NCBI GenBank assembly: GCA_040878325.1
Contig: JBBDMM010000007.1
Coordinates: forward strand, 6,635-70,634
Reading direction: 5' to 3'
Source of the DNA: Acidimicrobiia bacterium
GTDB lineage: Bacteria > Actinomycetota > Acidimicrobiia > Spongiisociales > UBA11373
Length of the DNA stretch: 64,000 nt
Shown: positions 21,840-31,450 of the stretch, piece by piece
Layout of the letters: each line of letters begins with the position of its first letter
Position numbering within the stretch: position 1 is the first letter of the stretch
Notes under the pieces: generated by a model
Databases searched by the model: none
The model's input: only the letters and a program-made list of their open reading frames with translations
Told to the model about the DNA's origin: nothing
Translations under genes and position numbers: made by a program

Positions 21840-23159
21840 CTACACCAACCCGCCGAACCTGCCATTGAGGTGCTCGACCAGGTCGGTGATGGGGATCCGG
21901 ACCTGTTCGGTGGTGTCTCGGTCGCGGACCGTGACCGCCTGATCCTGGAGCGTGTCGAAGTCGATCGTCACGCAGTAGGGGGTGCCGATCTCGTCCTGGC
22001 GCCGGTAGCGGCGGCCGATCGACTGGGTGACATCCACCTCGATGGGCCACCGGCGACGCAACTCGGCGGCGACTTCGTCGGTGACCGCGACCAGGTCGTC
22101 CTTCTTGGAGAGGGGAAGCACGGCCACCTTCACGGGAGCCAAACGAGGATGAAGGCGAAGCACCACCCGCGATTCGCCGCCGACTTCGTCCTCTTCGTAC
22201 GCGTCGACCAGAAACGCGAAAGCCGAGCGCGTCACCCCGGCGGCGGGCTCGATCACATGCGGAAAGAACCGCTCGTCGCTCTCCTGGTCGTAGTAGCGCA
22301 AGTCGACGCCACTGTGTTCGGTGTGGGCCCGGAGGTCGAAGTCCGCCCGGTTGGCGATCCCCTCCAGCTCGTCCCACCCCCATGGGAACAAGTACTCGAC
22401 GTCGCTGGTGGCGTTGGAGTAGTGGGCCAACTCGTCGGTCTCGTGCGCCCGCAGCCGCACCCGCTCGGGAGCCATGCCCAGGTCGATGTACCACTGCAGC
22501 CGGGCATCGAGCCAGTAGCGATGCCACTTTTCGGCTTCCTCGGGTCTGCAGAAGAACTCCATCTCCATCTGCTCGAATTCGCGGGTACGGAACACGAACT
22601 GGCCGGGGGTGATCTCGTTACGGAAAGCCTTGCCGATCTGGGCGATGCCGAAGGGGAGGCGCATCCGGGTGGTGCGCCGCACGTTCTCGTAGTTGATGAA
22701 GATCCCCTGGGCGGTTTCCGGACGCAGGTAGACGAGGGCGGCATCGTCCTCGACCGGCCCCAAATGGGTGCGCAGCATGAGGTGGAAGGGGCGGGGCTCG
22801 GTGAAAGTGCCTTCCTTGCCGCAGTTCGGGCACTTGTTCGGGTCATCGAGCTTGTCGACCCGGAACCGGTTGTTGCAGTTGCGGCACTCGACCAGCGGAT
22901 CGGTGAAGGACGCCTCGTGGCCGGAGGCGACCCAGACCTGACGGGCCTGGAGGATCGACGAGTCGAGGCCGACGATGTCGTCGCGGTCGCGCACCATCGT
23001 TCGCCACCATGCGTCGCGCAGGTTTCGGAGCAACTCCACCCCGAGGGGCCCGTAGTCCCACGACGACCGCAAACCCCCATAGATCTCGGACGCCGGGAAC
23101 ACGAACCCCCGCCGCTTGGCGAGATTCGCAATGGTGTCGAGGGAAGGGGCAGGCATGGG
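21840..23159 (-). CDS. glyQS: Glycine--tRNA ligase (alpha2 dimeric GlyQS type)
   Basis: Class II aaRS motifs and anticodon-binding domain. The likely start is [20 protein letters not shown]. The ORF's 27-aa N-extension is probably not translated. Confidence 0.85.
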   Translation of the reverse strand, partial: PMPAPSLDTIANLAKRRGFVFPASEIYGGLRSSWDYGPLGVELLRNLRDAWWRTMVRDRDDIVGLDSSILQARQVWVASGHEASFTDPLVECRNCNNRFRVDKLDDPNKCPNCGKEGTFTEPRPFHLMLRTHLGPVEDDAALVYLRPETAQGIFINYENVRRTTRMRLPFGIAQIGKAFRNEITPGQFVFRTREFEQMEMEFFCRPEEAEKWHRYWLDARLQWYIDLGMAPERVRLRAHETDELAHYSNATSDVEYLFPWGWDELEGIANRADFDLRAHTEHSGVDLRYYDQESDERFFPHVIEPAAGVTRSAFAFLVDAYEEDEVGGESRVVLRLHPRLAPVKVAVLPLSKKDDLVAVTDEVAAELRRRWPIEVDVTQSIGRRYRRQDEIGTPYCVTIDFDTLQDQAVTVRDRDTTEQVRIPITDLVEHLNGRFGGLV

Positions 23160-23178
23160 GGGCGATGTTAGGGGGAAG

Positions 23179-23257
23179 CCGCCAGCCTCCAGCCTCCCGC
23201 CTCCAGCAAGACCGACTCCAGCGCGCCGCGCATTGCTCATTGCGCATTGCGCATTGC
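23179..23257. repeat. Tandem heptamer arrays (CCTCCAG)n and (CATTGCG)n in the glyQS 5' region
   Basis: gccagcctccagcctcccgcctccagcaag ... cgcattgctcattgcgcattgcgcattgcg. Confidence 0.85.
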
Positions 23258-23277
23258 GGCGAGCGAAGGGAAGCCCC

Positions 23278-23985
23278 TTACCCCACTCCTCCGAACCTTC
23301 GTTCGCGCGCCTGGTACTCCTCCACCGCTTGCTTCAGGTCTTCGGTGCGGAAGTCGGGCCAGAGGATGTCGGGGAAGGCGTACTCGCTGTAGGCGGACTG
23401 CCACAGCAGGAAGTTGCTGACCCTCTGCTCGCCGCTGGTGCGGATCACCAGATCGGGGTCGGGCATATCGGGGATCTCGAAACGGGCCGCCAACGCGTCT
23501 TGGTCGATGTCGGCCGGGTCGATCTGCCCGGCGACCGCGTCGGCAGCCAGACGGCGGGCGGCGGCGGCAATCTCGGCCCTGGCCCCGTAGTTGAAGGCGA
23601 AGACCATCGTCATGTTGGTGTCTTGCGCGGTGAGCTCCTCCGCCTCATGGATTCGGGTGCGGAGACGATCGCCCACCCGTGGATCATCCCGATCTCCGAG
23701 GAAGAGCACTCGCACACCCAACTCGTGCAATTCGTCACGACGCCGGGTGAGGAGGTCCTCCTTGAATCCCATCAGGAACTCGACCTCGTCCGCCGGACGG
23801 GACCAGTTTTCGGTGGAGAACGTAAAAACTGTCAGCCATTCGATCCCGAGCTCCAATGCGCCGTGGACGATGTCGAAGAGGGCGGCCTCGCCGGCGGCGT
23901 GCCCGGCGGTGCGGGGCAACCCTCGGGCCTCGGCCCACCGCCCGTTGCCGTCCATGACGATGGCGACGTGGCGGGGATCAGCCAT
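23278..23985 (-). CDS. uppS: Isoprenyl transferase (undecaprenyl diphosphate synthase)
   Basis: [13 protein letters not shown] ... FNYGARAEI ... [11 protein letters not shown]. Confidence 0.85.
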   Translation of the reverse strand: MADPRHVAIVMDGNGRWAEARGLPRTAGHAAGEAALFDIVHGALELGIEWLTVFTFSTENWSRPADEVEFLMGFKEDLLTRRRDELHELGVRVLFLGDRDDPRVGDRLRTRIHEAEELTAQDTNMTMVFAFNYGARAEIAAAARRLAADAVAGQIDPADIDQDALAARFEIPDMPDPDLVIRTSGEQRVSNFLLWQSAYSEYAFPDILWPDFRTEDLKQAVEEYQARERRFGGVG

Positions 23986-24697
23986 CGATCGCCAGGCTCT
24001 TGATCCGCCGATCGAGGTGGTACTCGATGAAGCGCCGGGTCACCCCCATCGCCTCGCCGGAGAAAGCGGCGTCGTGCACCGGGAGTGCGCTGAGATCGGC
24101 GGCGGCGAGGCGCGCCAGGTAGGTGGTGAGGCCGGGTCGCAGGGCCACTGCCCCCGGGGCGGTGTCCTTGTCGCACAGCGCCCCTCCGGCAGCGAAGGAG
24201 AACTTGTTCAAGCCGTCCGTCCGCCCGCACCCGGCACATTCTTCGAAGGCGGGGGCGACGCCGACGACCTGGGCGGCCTTCAGCAGGAACGCCGCCACGA
24301 TGTCAGGGTGGCGGGGGCCTGCTTCGAGTGCTGCGAGACCCTGGCGCAGCAGCAGGAAAGCCCGGATCGAGCTCTCCTCTTCCTGGGTGACGGCGTCGAT
24401 CACCTCGACCATCGTCCCGGCCGCCAACACCCGGTCGAGGTCGCCGCGGAGATTCGGGTACGCCTCGATCACCGACACCTGGGTGATGGTCCCCAGATTG
24501 CGCCCTTCGTAGAGGACCAGATCGACATGGGTAAAGGGCTCGAGACGGCCCCCGAACCGGCTCTTGGTCTTGCGGACGCCTTTGGCCACCGCCCGGACCT
24601 TGCCGTGGTTGGGGCTGAGCAGCACCACGACCCGGTCGGCCTCCCCGAACGGGAAGCCGCGGAGGACGATGCCCTGATCGTCGCGGAGTGGCACCAC
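23978..24697 (-). CDS. recO: DNA repair protein RecO
   Basis: 239 aa, OB-fold N-terminus, C4 zinc motif CAGCG, synteny with uppS. Confidence 0.8.
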   Translation of the reverse strand: MVPLRDDQGIVLRGFPFGEADRVVVLLSPNHGKVRAVAKGVRKTKSRFGGRLEPFTHVDLVLYEGRNLGTITQVSVIEAYPNLRGDLDRVLAAGTMVEVIDAVTQEEESSIRAFLLLRQGLAALEAGPRHPDIVAAFLLKAAQVVGVAPAFEECAGCGRTDGLNKFSFAAGGALCDKDTAPGAVALRPGLTTYLARLAAADLSALPVHDAAFSGEAMGVTRRFIEYHLDRRIKSLAIDG

Positions 24698-24785
24698 CCC
24701 AGGCTACCGGCGGGCGCCGACAGGCCCGGGAACCGGCGACGGCCTCCGGGTCGTCCCACCCTCAACAGTCCCAGGAGGATGCCCG

Positions 24786-27062
24786 ATGACTCGACGTGTG
24801 GCGATCGCCATCGCCATGATCCTGGCGATCCCGGCACCGGGATTTGCTCAGACCGGTGACGACGTGATCATCGAGCCGAGGCCGTGCCCGTGGTGGCACT
24901 GCGGCGGCGAGGCGGACGTCTCCATCGAGGAGTACCGCGTCGACACCGTGATCGAGGACGGCATCGCCACAACCCGCGTGCGCCAGGTGATCCGCAACGA
25001 GTCGGACTTCACGGCCGAAGGAACCTTCCTCTTCCCTCTTCCCGCCGACGCTTCGGTGACCGGGCTCACGCTATGGATCGACGGCGAGGCCGTCTCCGGC
25101 GAAGTGCTCGAAGGCGAGACCGCCCGTCGCACCTACGAGGAGATCATCCGCCGCACACTCGACCCTGCCCTTCTCGAGTTCGTAGACGACGGCATCCTTC
25201 GCCTTTCAGTGTTTCCCATCCCCGCCGAGAAGACCAGAACGGTCGAAATCGAGTACCGCCAGGTCCTCGCCGTCGACGGCGGGCTCACCCGCTACCGGCA
25301 CCCCTTCGCGGCTGAGACCAACGCGGAGATCGAGGTGATCTCGGCGCGGATCGAGATTCGCCACTCATCCGGGGTGAAGGCGGTTCACTCCCCCACCCAT
25401 GAAGTCTCCATCGACCGACCCGATGGGGACACTGCGATCATCGGCTTCGAAGGCGATGGTGACGACCTGGCCGAGTTGATCGTGTACTACTCCACCGACG
25501 CCGGCCCGATCTCTCTCGATGTGATCACTCATCGTCAGGACGGCGAGGGTTACTTCCTGATGCTGGTCTCCCCCGGTCTGGCGACCGATCAACAGGTCGT
25601 CGCCAAGGATGTCGTGCTGGTGCTCGACACTTCGGGATCGATGGAGGGTGAGAAGTTCTCCCAGGCACAGGACGCCGCCCGATTCGTGCTCGATCGCCTC
25701 AACCCGGAGGACCGTTTCGAGGTGATCGCCTTCTCGACGACCACCGACGCGTACGCCGGTTCACTCCAACCGGCGTCGCAGGCTCCCCTGGCGCGAACGT
25801 GGATCGGCGGCCTTGCAGCCGGCGGATCGACCAACATCGACCTCGCCCTGGGCGAAGCCCTCGACCTGGGCGAGGATCGCCCGCTGTACGTGGTCTTCCT
25901 CACGGACGGTCTGCCCACCGAGGGTGTGACCGACTCCGCCAGGATCCTGGACCGCCTCGAAGACCGCGGCGGGTCATCGACTTCGGTGTTCGCGTTCGGT
26001 GTCGGCTACGACGTCGACACTTTCCTCCTCGACTCGATCGCTCGTGACCATCACGGGACCACCGCGTACGTCGGTCCCGGCGAGGAGATCGATCTCGCGG
26101 TCGAGACGCTCTACTCGAAGGTGGCCTCCCCGGTCCTCACCGACGTCACCATCGAGGTGAACGGCGTCACGGTCTCCGACATCCATCCTTCGCCCCTCCC
26201 CGACGTCTTTTCAGGCGGCCAGTTGGTCGTGGCAGGCCGTTACGACGAACCCGGCGATGCCACCGTCGTCCTCTCCGGACGGGTCCGCGGCGAGACGGTG
26301 GACTTCACATTCCGTGACGTCCGCTTCGGCGACTCGGGCCAGGACGATTCCATCCCGCGTCTGTGGGCCACCCGCAAGGTGGGAGACCTGTTGCGGCAGG
26401 TGCGCCTCGAGGGGCCGGACGAAGAGACCATCGACCAGATCGTGCGCCTGTCGATCCGCTGGGGCATCGTCACTCCGTACACCTCGTACCTCGTCACCGA
26501 CGACGCCCCGTTCGGCGAAGAGGCGATCGGCGACATCGCCGCGAGGGCGGCCGCCGAGGCCGAGAGCACCCCGCCGCCCGTGTCGGGCGAGACCGCTTTC
26601 GGCGCCGCCGATGCTGCGGCCTCGATGAGCGACTCCGATGTGGTCTCCGGACCCGACGACACGTATGCGTCGTTGGTGCGGGTGGCTGGCGGCCGCACCT
26701 TCCGGTTGACCGAGGGCAAGTGGGTCGACACCACCTATGAACCGGGGATGGAGGCGATCCGGGTGCCGTTCGGATCAGACGACTACTTCGCCCTGGCCAC
26801 CTCCGACCGGGCCCTCGGACTGGCCCTGACCGTGGATGCCTCGATGATCGTGGTCCACCAAGGCGTGGCATATGAAGTCGTCGACGCGGGCGAGACGGGT
26901 GACCCCCTGCCGGTGCTGCCAGACGAGGAGATCATCGTCGCGCCGGCCAGTGCCCCCGAACCCTCCGGAGACGACCCGCCGATCGCCCTGATCGTGTTGG
27001 CGGGCGCTGCCGCCCTCGCGGTGACGGCCGGTCTGATCCGCGCCGCCACCCGCAGGGGCTAG
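24786..27062 (+). CDS. Secreted VIT domain + von Willebrand factor A domain protein with C-terminal TM anchor
   Basis: Signal peptide, VIT region, vWA MIDAS motif DTSGSM, C-terminal hydrophobic segment IALIVLAGAAALAVTAGLI. Confidence 0.8.
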   Translation: MTRRVAIAIAMILAIPAPGFAQTGDDVIIEPRPCPWWHCGGEADVSIEEYRVDTVIEDGIATTRVRQVIRNESDFTAEGTFLFPLPADASVTGLTLWIDGEAVSGEVLEGETARRTYEEIIRRTLDPALLEFVDDGILRLSVFPIPAEKTRTVEIEYRQVLAVDGGLTRYRHPFAAETNAEIEVISARIEIRHSSGVKAVHSPTHEVSIDRPDGDTAIIGFEGDGDDLAELIVYYSTDAGPISLDVITHRQDGEGYFLMLVSPGLATDQQVVAKDVVLVLDTSGSMEGEKFSQAQDAARFVLDRLNPEDRFEVIAFSTTTDAYAGSLQPASQAPLARTWIGGLAAGGSTNIDLALGEALDLGEDRPLYVVFLTDGLPTEGVTDSARILDRLEDRGGSSTSVFAFGVGYDVDTFLLDSIARDHHGTTAYVGPGEEIDLAVETLYSKVASPVLTDVTIEVNGVTVSDIHPSPLPDVFSGGQLVVAGRYDEPGDATVVLSGRVRGETVDFTFRDVRFGDSGQDDSIPRLWATRKVGDLLRQVRLEGPDEETIDQIVRLSIRWGIVTPYTSYLVTDDAPFGEEAIGDIAARAAAEAESTPPPVSGETAFGAADAAASMSDSDVVSGPDDTYASLVRVAGGRTFRLTEGKWVDTTYEPGMEAIRVPFGSDDYFALATSDRALGLALTVDASMIVVHQGVAYEVVDAGETGDPLPVLPDEEIIVAPASAPEPSGDDPPIALIVLAGAAALAVTAGLIRAATRRG

Positions 27063-27082
27063 CCGAAGCGTCAGCCGGAGCG

Positions 27083-27487
27083 CTAGCCAGACGCCTCGAC
27101 CGTGCCCACCATCCCGGCCTCGATGTGCCCGGGGATGTGGCAGACCACCTGGTAGGTACCCGCCGCTGGGAGGGTGAACGAGATCGAATCCGACGCACCG
27201 CCGTCGAGGTGGGCGGTGGCGGCGAGGATGCGGTCGGGCGTCGCGTCTGCGCTGGTCGTCACCGCGACCCCCTGGTTGAGGACGACCCAGCTGTGCTGGA
27301 TACCACCGATGTTGGAGACGTCGACCGTGACCTCCACTCCCGCCGCGAGGGTGACGCTCGCCGGGGTGAACGAGAAGTCGTCGAGGGCGACCGAAGCCGA
27401 GGTCGGCCCACCGTTGTCCGACGAGTCATCATCGCCGCAGGCGCCGAAGGCCAGCGGGAGCAAGAGGAGCAAGACCAGCTTCTTCAT
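27083..27487 (-). CDS. Cupredoxin-like type 1 copper lipoprotein (plastocyanin/azurin family)
   Basis: Lipobox LAFGAC. Cu ligands in QHSW..., CHIPGHIEAGM. Confidence 0.7.
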   Translation of the reverse strand: MKKLVLLLLLPLAFGACGDDDSSDNGGPTSASVALDDFSFTPASVTLAAGVEVTVDVSNIGGIQHSWVVLNQGVAVTTSADATPDRILAATAHLDGGASDSISFTLPAAGTYQVVCHIPGHIEAGMVGTVEASG

Positions 27488-27565
27488 TGACCATTCCTTG
27501 TTGAGAGCGATCCGGGACGGTAGCGGCATTCCCGGTTTGTCCGTTCGCTACACCAAACTGAAGGC

Positions 27566-27850
27566 ATGTCCACACCACTCAGCCCGAAAGAGAAGCAGTC
27601 CCTCGCCGACACGCACCCGTCGTGGTCGATCGAGGGTGAGGAGATCTCGCGAACGTTCGAATTCTCGGATTTTGCCGAAGCCATCGGTTTCATCAACCGG
27701 GTCGCTCTGGTGGCCGAGAAGGCGGACCATCACCCCGACATCGACATCCGCTGGAACAAGGTCACCCTGGTTTTCAGCACCCACTCGGCCGGAGCACTCA
27801 CCGACCTGGATCGAAAGCTGGTCGAGACGATCGACGCCTGGGAGGGCTGA
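27566..27850 (+). CDS. phhB: 4a-hydroxytetrahydrobiopterin dehydratase (PCD/DCoH)
   Basis: FINRVALVAEKADHHPDIDIRWNKVTL signature. Confidence 0.8.
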   Translation: MSTPLSPKEKQSLADTHPSWSIEGEEISRTFEFSDFAEAIGFINRVALVAEKADHHPDIDIRWNKVTLVFSTHSAGALTDLDRKLVETIDAWEG

Positions 27851-27912
27851 CCCGGGCTGTCGGGTCCCGCTCAAGGGCTTGCCGGTAGCCGGAAGCGGGT
27901 AGCCCTCCTCCT
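27850..27912. repeat. Heptamer-periodic degenerate repeats (ccggtag ccggaag cgggtag ccctcct cctccct atccctc)
   Basis: Read directly. Lies between convergent phhB and the thioesterase gene. Confidence 0.6.
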
Positions 27913-27914
27913 CC

Positions 27915-28703
27915 CTATCCCTCCCGCGGCAATAGCGCCAACTGGCGGGACTGGGCCACCAGCCGCCCGGTGGAATCCCACACCTCACCGTCCTCCTCGA
28001 GGAACCCGCCCGTGATGAACCGCGTGGTGAAGGCGCACCGCAGCCACCCAGGAGCGGGCCGGGCCCGCACATGGGTAGTCAGCTCGAGGGTCGGCACCCA
28101 GGCAACCGGCAGGTCGGCGAAGAAGATCGTCGGAGGGAACGCGTCTACTGCCACCAGCAGCGCGAGAGTGTCGATCGGCTCGTCGTCTCGAAGGCGGAAC
28201 CAGCCGCTCACCCTGGGGGCACCCGGCAGCCCTCCGAAACCCACATGGTCCGGGTGCAGCCGCAGCTCGATCCTTCCCACGAAGGGCGGAGGGAACGTCT
28301 CGGTCGGCTCGACCGGCACGCACTCCTCCGGTGGCGGCAAGTCGGGCGGTCCCGATTCCAACCGCTCGGTGGTGGCGACCGGTTCGAGTTGACCAAAGCT
28401 GCCCAGGATGGAAACCAGCGGACGGTCGGGAGAGGAGAGCGTCGCGGATGCGGTGGCGAAACGTCGCCCTTCCTTGAGCACCTTGGCCTCGACCGTCACC
28501 GGACCCGGCTTCCCGGGGGCCAGGTAGTGCGCGGTAACCGAGACCGGGTCGGGCCTTCCCGTCGCCGCGACCGCGGCGCGCGCCGCGATCGCCAGCATGT
28601 AGCCACCGTTGGCGTTGCCGGCGATGTCCCAGCCGGCGGCGATCTCGCCGCGCCAGAGCGAGTCACCGGCCGGCGTCACTCGAGTTGCGTCGGCGAAGCT
28701 CAT
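27915..28703 (-). CDS. Acyl-CoA thioesterase (TesB-like)
   Basis: Double hot-dog fold composition. The ORF has an 11-aa upstream extension. Confidence 0.65.
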   Translation of the reverse strand: MSFADATRVTPAGDSLWRGEIAAGWDIAGNANGGYMLAIAARAAVAATGRPDPVSVTAHYLAPGKPGPVTVEAKVLKEGRRFATASATLSSPDRPLVSILGSFGQLEPVATTERLESGPPDLPPPEECVPVEPTETFPPPFVGRIELRLHPDHVGFGGLPGAPRVSGWFRLRDDEPIDTLALLVAVDAFPPTIFFADLPVAWVPTLELTTHVRARPAPGWLRCAFTTRFITGGFLEEDGEVWDSTGRLVAQSRQLALLPREG

Positions 28704-28954
28704 GGCTCGCCCCCGATGATCACCGAGTCGGGGCACTCGGCGCGCAATGCGTCGGCAAACTCACTCTCCGTGTAGCCAAGATCCAACGCGGTGCTGGTGG
28801 TTTCGAACAGGATCAGCGACGAGTCTTCGAGGGAAGTGTCCGGGTCGGCGAGCACCGCGCAGGCGTCCGCCGCCAGGTCACGCAACTCTGAGCTGCCCCC
28901 GCACCCGGCCAGCGCAACCGGGAGCAAGATCATTCCGACGAGGCGCCGGGTCAC
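28700..28954 (-). CDS. Small lipoprotein, hypothetical
   Basis: Lipobox LPVALAGCGG. Confidence 0.4.
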   Translation of the reverse strand: MTRRLVGMILLPVALAGCGGSSELRDLAADACAVLADPDTSLEDSSLILFETTSTALDLGYTESEFADALRAECPDSVIIGGEP

Positions 28955-29823
28955 ATTCCGAGCCGTTCGATCATGGTCGGATGCGACTGCCAGTCCTTTT
29001 CGACCTTCGCCCGGAGCTCCAGATGGACCGGCGTTCCCAGACGAGTCTCCAGCTCGATCCTTGCCTCGGTGCCCGCGTCCTTGATCAGCAACCCGCCCTT
29101 GCCGATGACGATCCCCTTCTGACTCTCACGCTCGACGATCAACCGCGCTTCGATCCTGGTCAGCCCGTCGGCTCTCACCTGCACCTCGTCCACCATCACC
29201 GCCAAGGAGTGAGGCATCTCCTCGCGGAGCCGGGCGAGGAACTTCTCCCGAACGATCTCCCCGATCATGAAGTTCTCGGTCTGATCGGTGGGCATGCCCG
29301 GCGGAAAGAACTTTGGACCCTCGGGCAGGAGGGCCGTGAGCTCTTCGACGATCGGCTCGAGATTGGCCCCCTCGAGGGCACTCACGGGCACGTACGCCGC
29401 AAAGTCCCACTCGCCCGCCATCATCAGGCGCTCGGTGATGTCGTCGGTCGAGGCCGCATCGGTCTTGTTGACCACGCACACCACCGGTGGCGACCCTCCG
29501 ATCAGGCGCTCGGCGATACGACGATCACCCGGGCCGATCTTCCCGGTTGCCTCGATGACGAAGAGGACGGCATCCGAGTCGTCGATGGAGGCTTCGACCA
29601 GCGAGTTCAGCCGGGTTCCGAGCGCCGTCTTGGGCCGATGGATGCCGGGGGTGTCGACGAAGACGATCTGGTAGTCATCGGTGTCGAGGACCCCTCGAAT
29701 GGTGCGGCGCGTGGTCTGAGGTCGCGCCGAAGTGATCGCCACCTTCGTCCCGACGAGGGCGTTGACCAGGGTGCTCTTGCCGACATTGGGACGGCCGACG
29801 ACCGATACGAAACCGGATTTCAC
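28951..29823 (-). CDS. era: GTPase Era
   Basis: G1 GRPNVGKST, G3 DTPG, G4 NKTD, KH domain. Confidence 0.9.
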   Translation of the reverse strand: MKSGFVSVVGRPNVGKSTLVNALVGTKVAITSARPQTTRRTIRGVLDTDDYQIVFVDTPGIHRPKTALGTRLNSLVEASIDDSDAVLFVIEATGKIGPGDRRIAERLIGGSPPVVCVVNKTDAASTDDITERLMMAGEWDFAAYVPVSALEGANLEPIVEELTALLPEGPKFFPPGMPTDQTENFMIGEIVREKFLARLREEMPHSLAVMVDEVQVRADGLTRIEARLIVERESQKGIVIGKGGLLIKDAGTEARIELETRLGTPVHLELRAKVEKDWQSHPTMIERLGM

Positions 29824-30989
29824 TTGACGGCCACGCGGACGCGGGCCACCCGCCTGCCCTGCACCCGATCGGCGGTCAGCACGAGACCTTCGATTTCGAA
29901 CCGCTCGCCTTCTTCGGGAACCCTCCCCGCCAGGGCGAGCATGAGACCCCCGACCGTGTCCCAGCCCTCGTCGGGCAGCTCGCGGGCGATCAGGTCGGCG
30001 AGATCGTCGACCGACAGCCGGGCGTCCACCAGAAGCGATCCGTCGTCGAGGGTGATCACCATCGGCTCCTCTACGTCGTACTCGTCGACGATCTCCCCGA
30101 CGATCTCCTCGAGCAGGTCTTCGATCGTCACGAGGCCCGCCGTGCCGCCGAACTCGTCGACCACGACGGCGAGGTGGACCTTTGACTTCTGGAGCTCCTT
30201 CAGCAGCTCGGACACCCGCTTGGTTTCAGGGATGAAGTGGACCGGGCGCATCACCTTCGTCACGGGAAGCGGGCCCTCGCCGCTGTCCATCAGCACGAGG
30301 AGGTCGCGGGCGTACAGCACACCAACGACATGATCGAGATCATCGCCGGTGACCGGAACGCGTGACTTGCCGCTGGCGAGGACCAGATCGAGCGCACCGT
30401 CGGTGCCGGTAGAGGCAGGCACGGTGATCATGTCGGTGCGAGGGACCATCACCTCGCGAACGATCGCGTCGGTGAACTCCAGCACCGACGAGATCAGCTC
30501 GATCTCCTGCGTGTCCTGGTTGTCCTCGTCCTCGTCGTCCTCTTCCCCTTCGTCCTCGTCGTCGATGAGGTCGACGGCGCGCCTACCGACATCCACCGCG
30601 ATGGCCAGGAAACGAGACAACCGGTACGCGGGCCGCTTCGGCAGCGATCGGCCGAACCCCCGTGGCAAGGTGTCGCCGAAAAGCACCAGGAACACCCCCA
30701 GCGCAAAAAGGGTCGCCAGCAGCGTGCCCCCCGAGACGCGGGCCGAGATGGCCCAAGTGGCCGGGATCGCGGCAGCGACCAGCAGAGCTGCATGGACGAT
30801 CCCGAGACTGGGCTGAACGCTGACCGGGTCCTCCAGAAGTTCGGCTACCCGCGCCGCTCCTTCGTTCCCGTCGGCAGCATCGTGGAGAGCGTCCGCCCGG
30901 TGGGTGCGCAAGAGCGACGCCCCACCGAACCGCAATGCAGCGGCGGCGACGATTGCGAGCACCGAAACCCCCAGCGCGATCCCGTTCAT
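29820..30989 (-). CDS. CNNM/DUF21-CBS-CorC_HlyC family transporter (hemolysin-like, Mg/Co efflux related)
   Basis: N-terminal TM DUF21, CBS pair, C-terminal CorC domain. Conserved position between era and ybeY. Confidence 0.8.
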   Translation of the reverse strand: MNGIALGVSVLAIVAAAALRFGGASLLRTHRADALHDAADGNEGAARVAELLEDPVSVQPSLGIVHAALLVAAAIPATWAISARVSGGTLLATLFALGVFLVLFGDTLPRGFGRSLPKRPAYRLSRFLAIAVDVGRRAVDLIDDEDEGEEDDEDEDNQDTQEIELISSVLEFTDAIVREVMVPRTDMITVPASTGTDGALDLVLASGKSRVPVTGDDLDHVVGVLYARDLLVLMDSGEGPLPVTKVMRPVHFIPETKRVSELLKELQKSKVHLAVVVDEFGGTAGLVTIEDLLEEIVGEIVDEYDVEEPMVITLDDGSLLVDARLSVDDLADLIARELPDEGWDTVGGLMLALAGRVPEEGERFEIEGLVLTADRVQGRRVARVRVAVK

Positions 30990-31450
30990 CCGATCGACCT
31001 CCCGATGAGTCCGAGCAGTTCGTCCTCTCGGCGCTCCATCGCATCGGCGGCGGTGTCCTCTTCGTGGTCGTATCCCATCAGGTGAAGGATGCCGTGCACC
31101 AGCAGAAGATGCAGGAAGTCGTCGTAGCCGATGTTCTCCGCCTTGGCGCGCTGCTCGATTTCAGATGGGCACAGGAAGACGTCGCCGAGCACGATGGGGG
31201 GGTCGCCGGCGAACCGCGGCGGCACCTGCCCGGGCTTCATCTCCTCGATCGGAAAGGCGAGGACATCCGTCGGGCCGGCCCGGCCCATGAACTTCTGGTT
31301 GTACTCGGCCATCTGATCGGGCCCGACCGTGATCACCGACAGCTCGGTGTCCGGGCCAAAACCCTCGGCTTGCATCACCGCATCGGCGAACCCCCGCAGC
31401 GAGTGGGCATCGACCGGGAGGTCCTGTTCGTCGCTGAAGAAGATGTTCAC
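30986..31450 (-). CDS. ybeY: rRNA maturation endoribonuclease YbeY
   Basis: HGILHLMGYDH zinc motif. Confidence 0.85.
   Translation of the reverse strand: MNIFFSDEQDLPVDAHSLRGFADAVMQAEGFGPDTELSVITVGPDQMAEYNQKFMGRAGPTDVLAFPIEEMKPGQVPPRFAGDPPIVLGDVFLCPSEIEQRAKAENIGYDDFLHLLLVHGILHLMGYDHEEDTAADAMERREDELLGLIGRSIG

Noticed and set aside
21601-23247. ORFs 21601-22527, 21870-23171, 22253-23131 and similar around glyQS
   Set aside because: These are alternate or antisense frames of the clearly identifiable glycyl-tRNA synthetase gene. They are Pro/Arg/Gly-rich artefacts.
23160-23277. Possible T-box leader upstream of glyQS
   Set aside because: Only about 118 bp is available, occupied by heptamer arrays. 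That is too short for a T-box, and no specifier or T-box consensus is evident.
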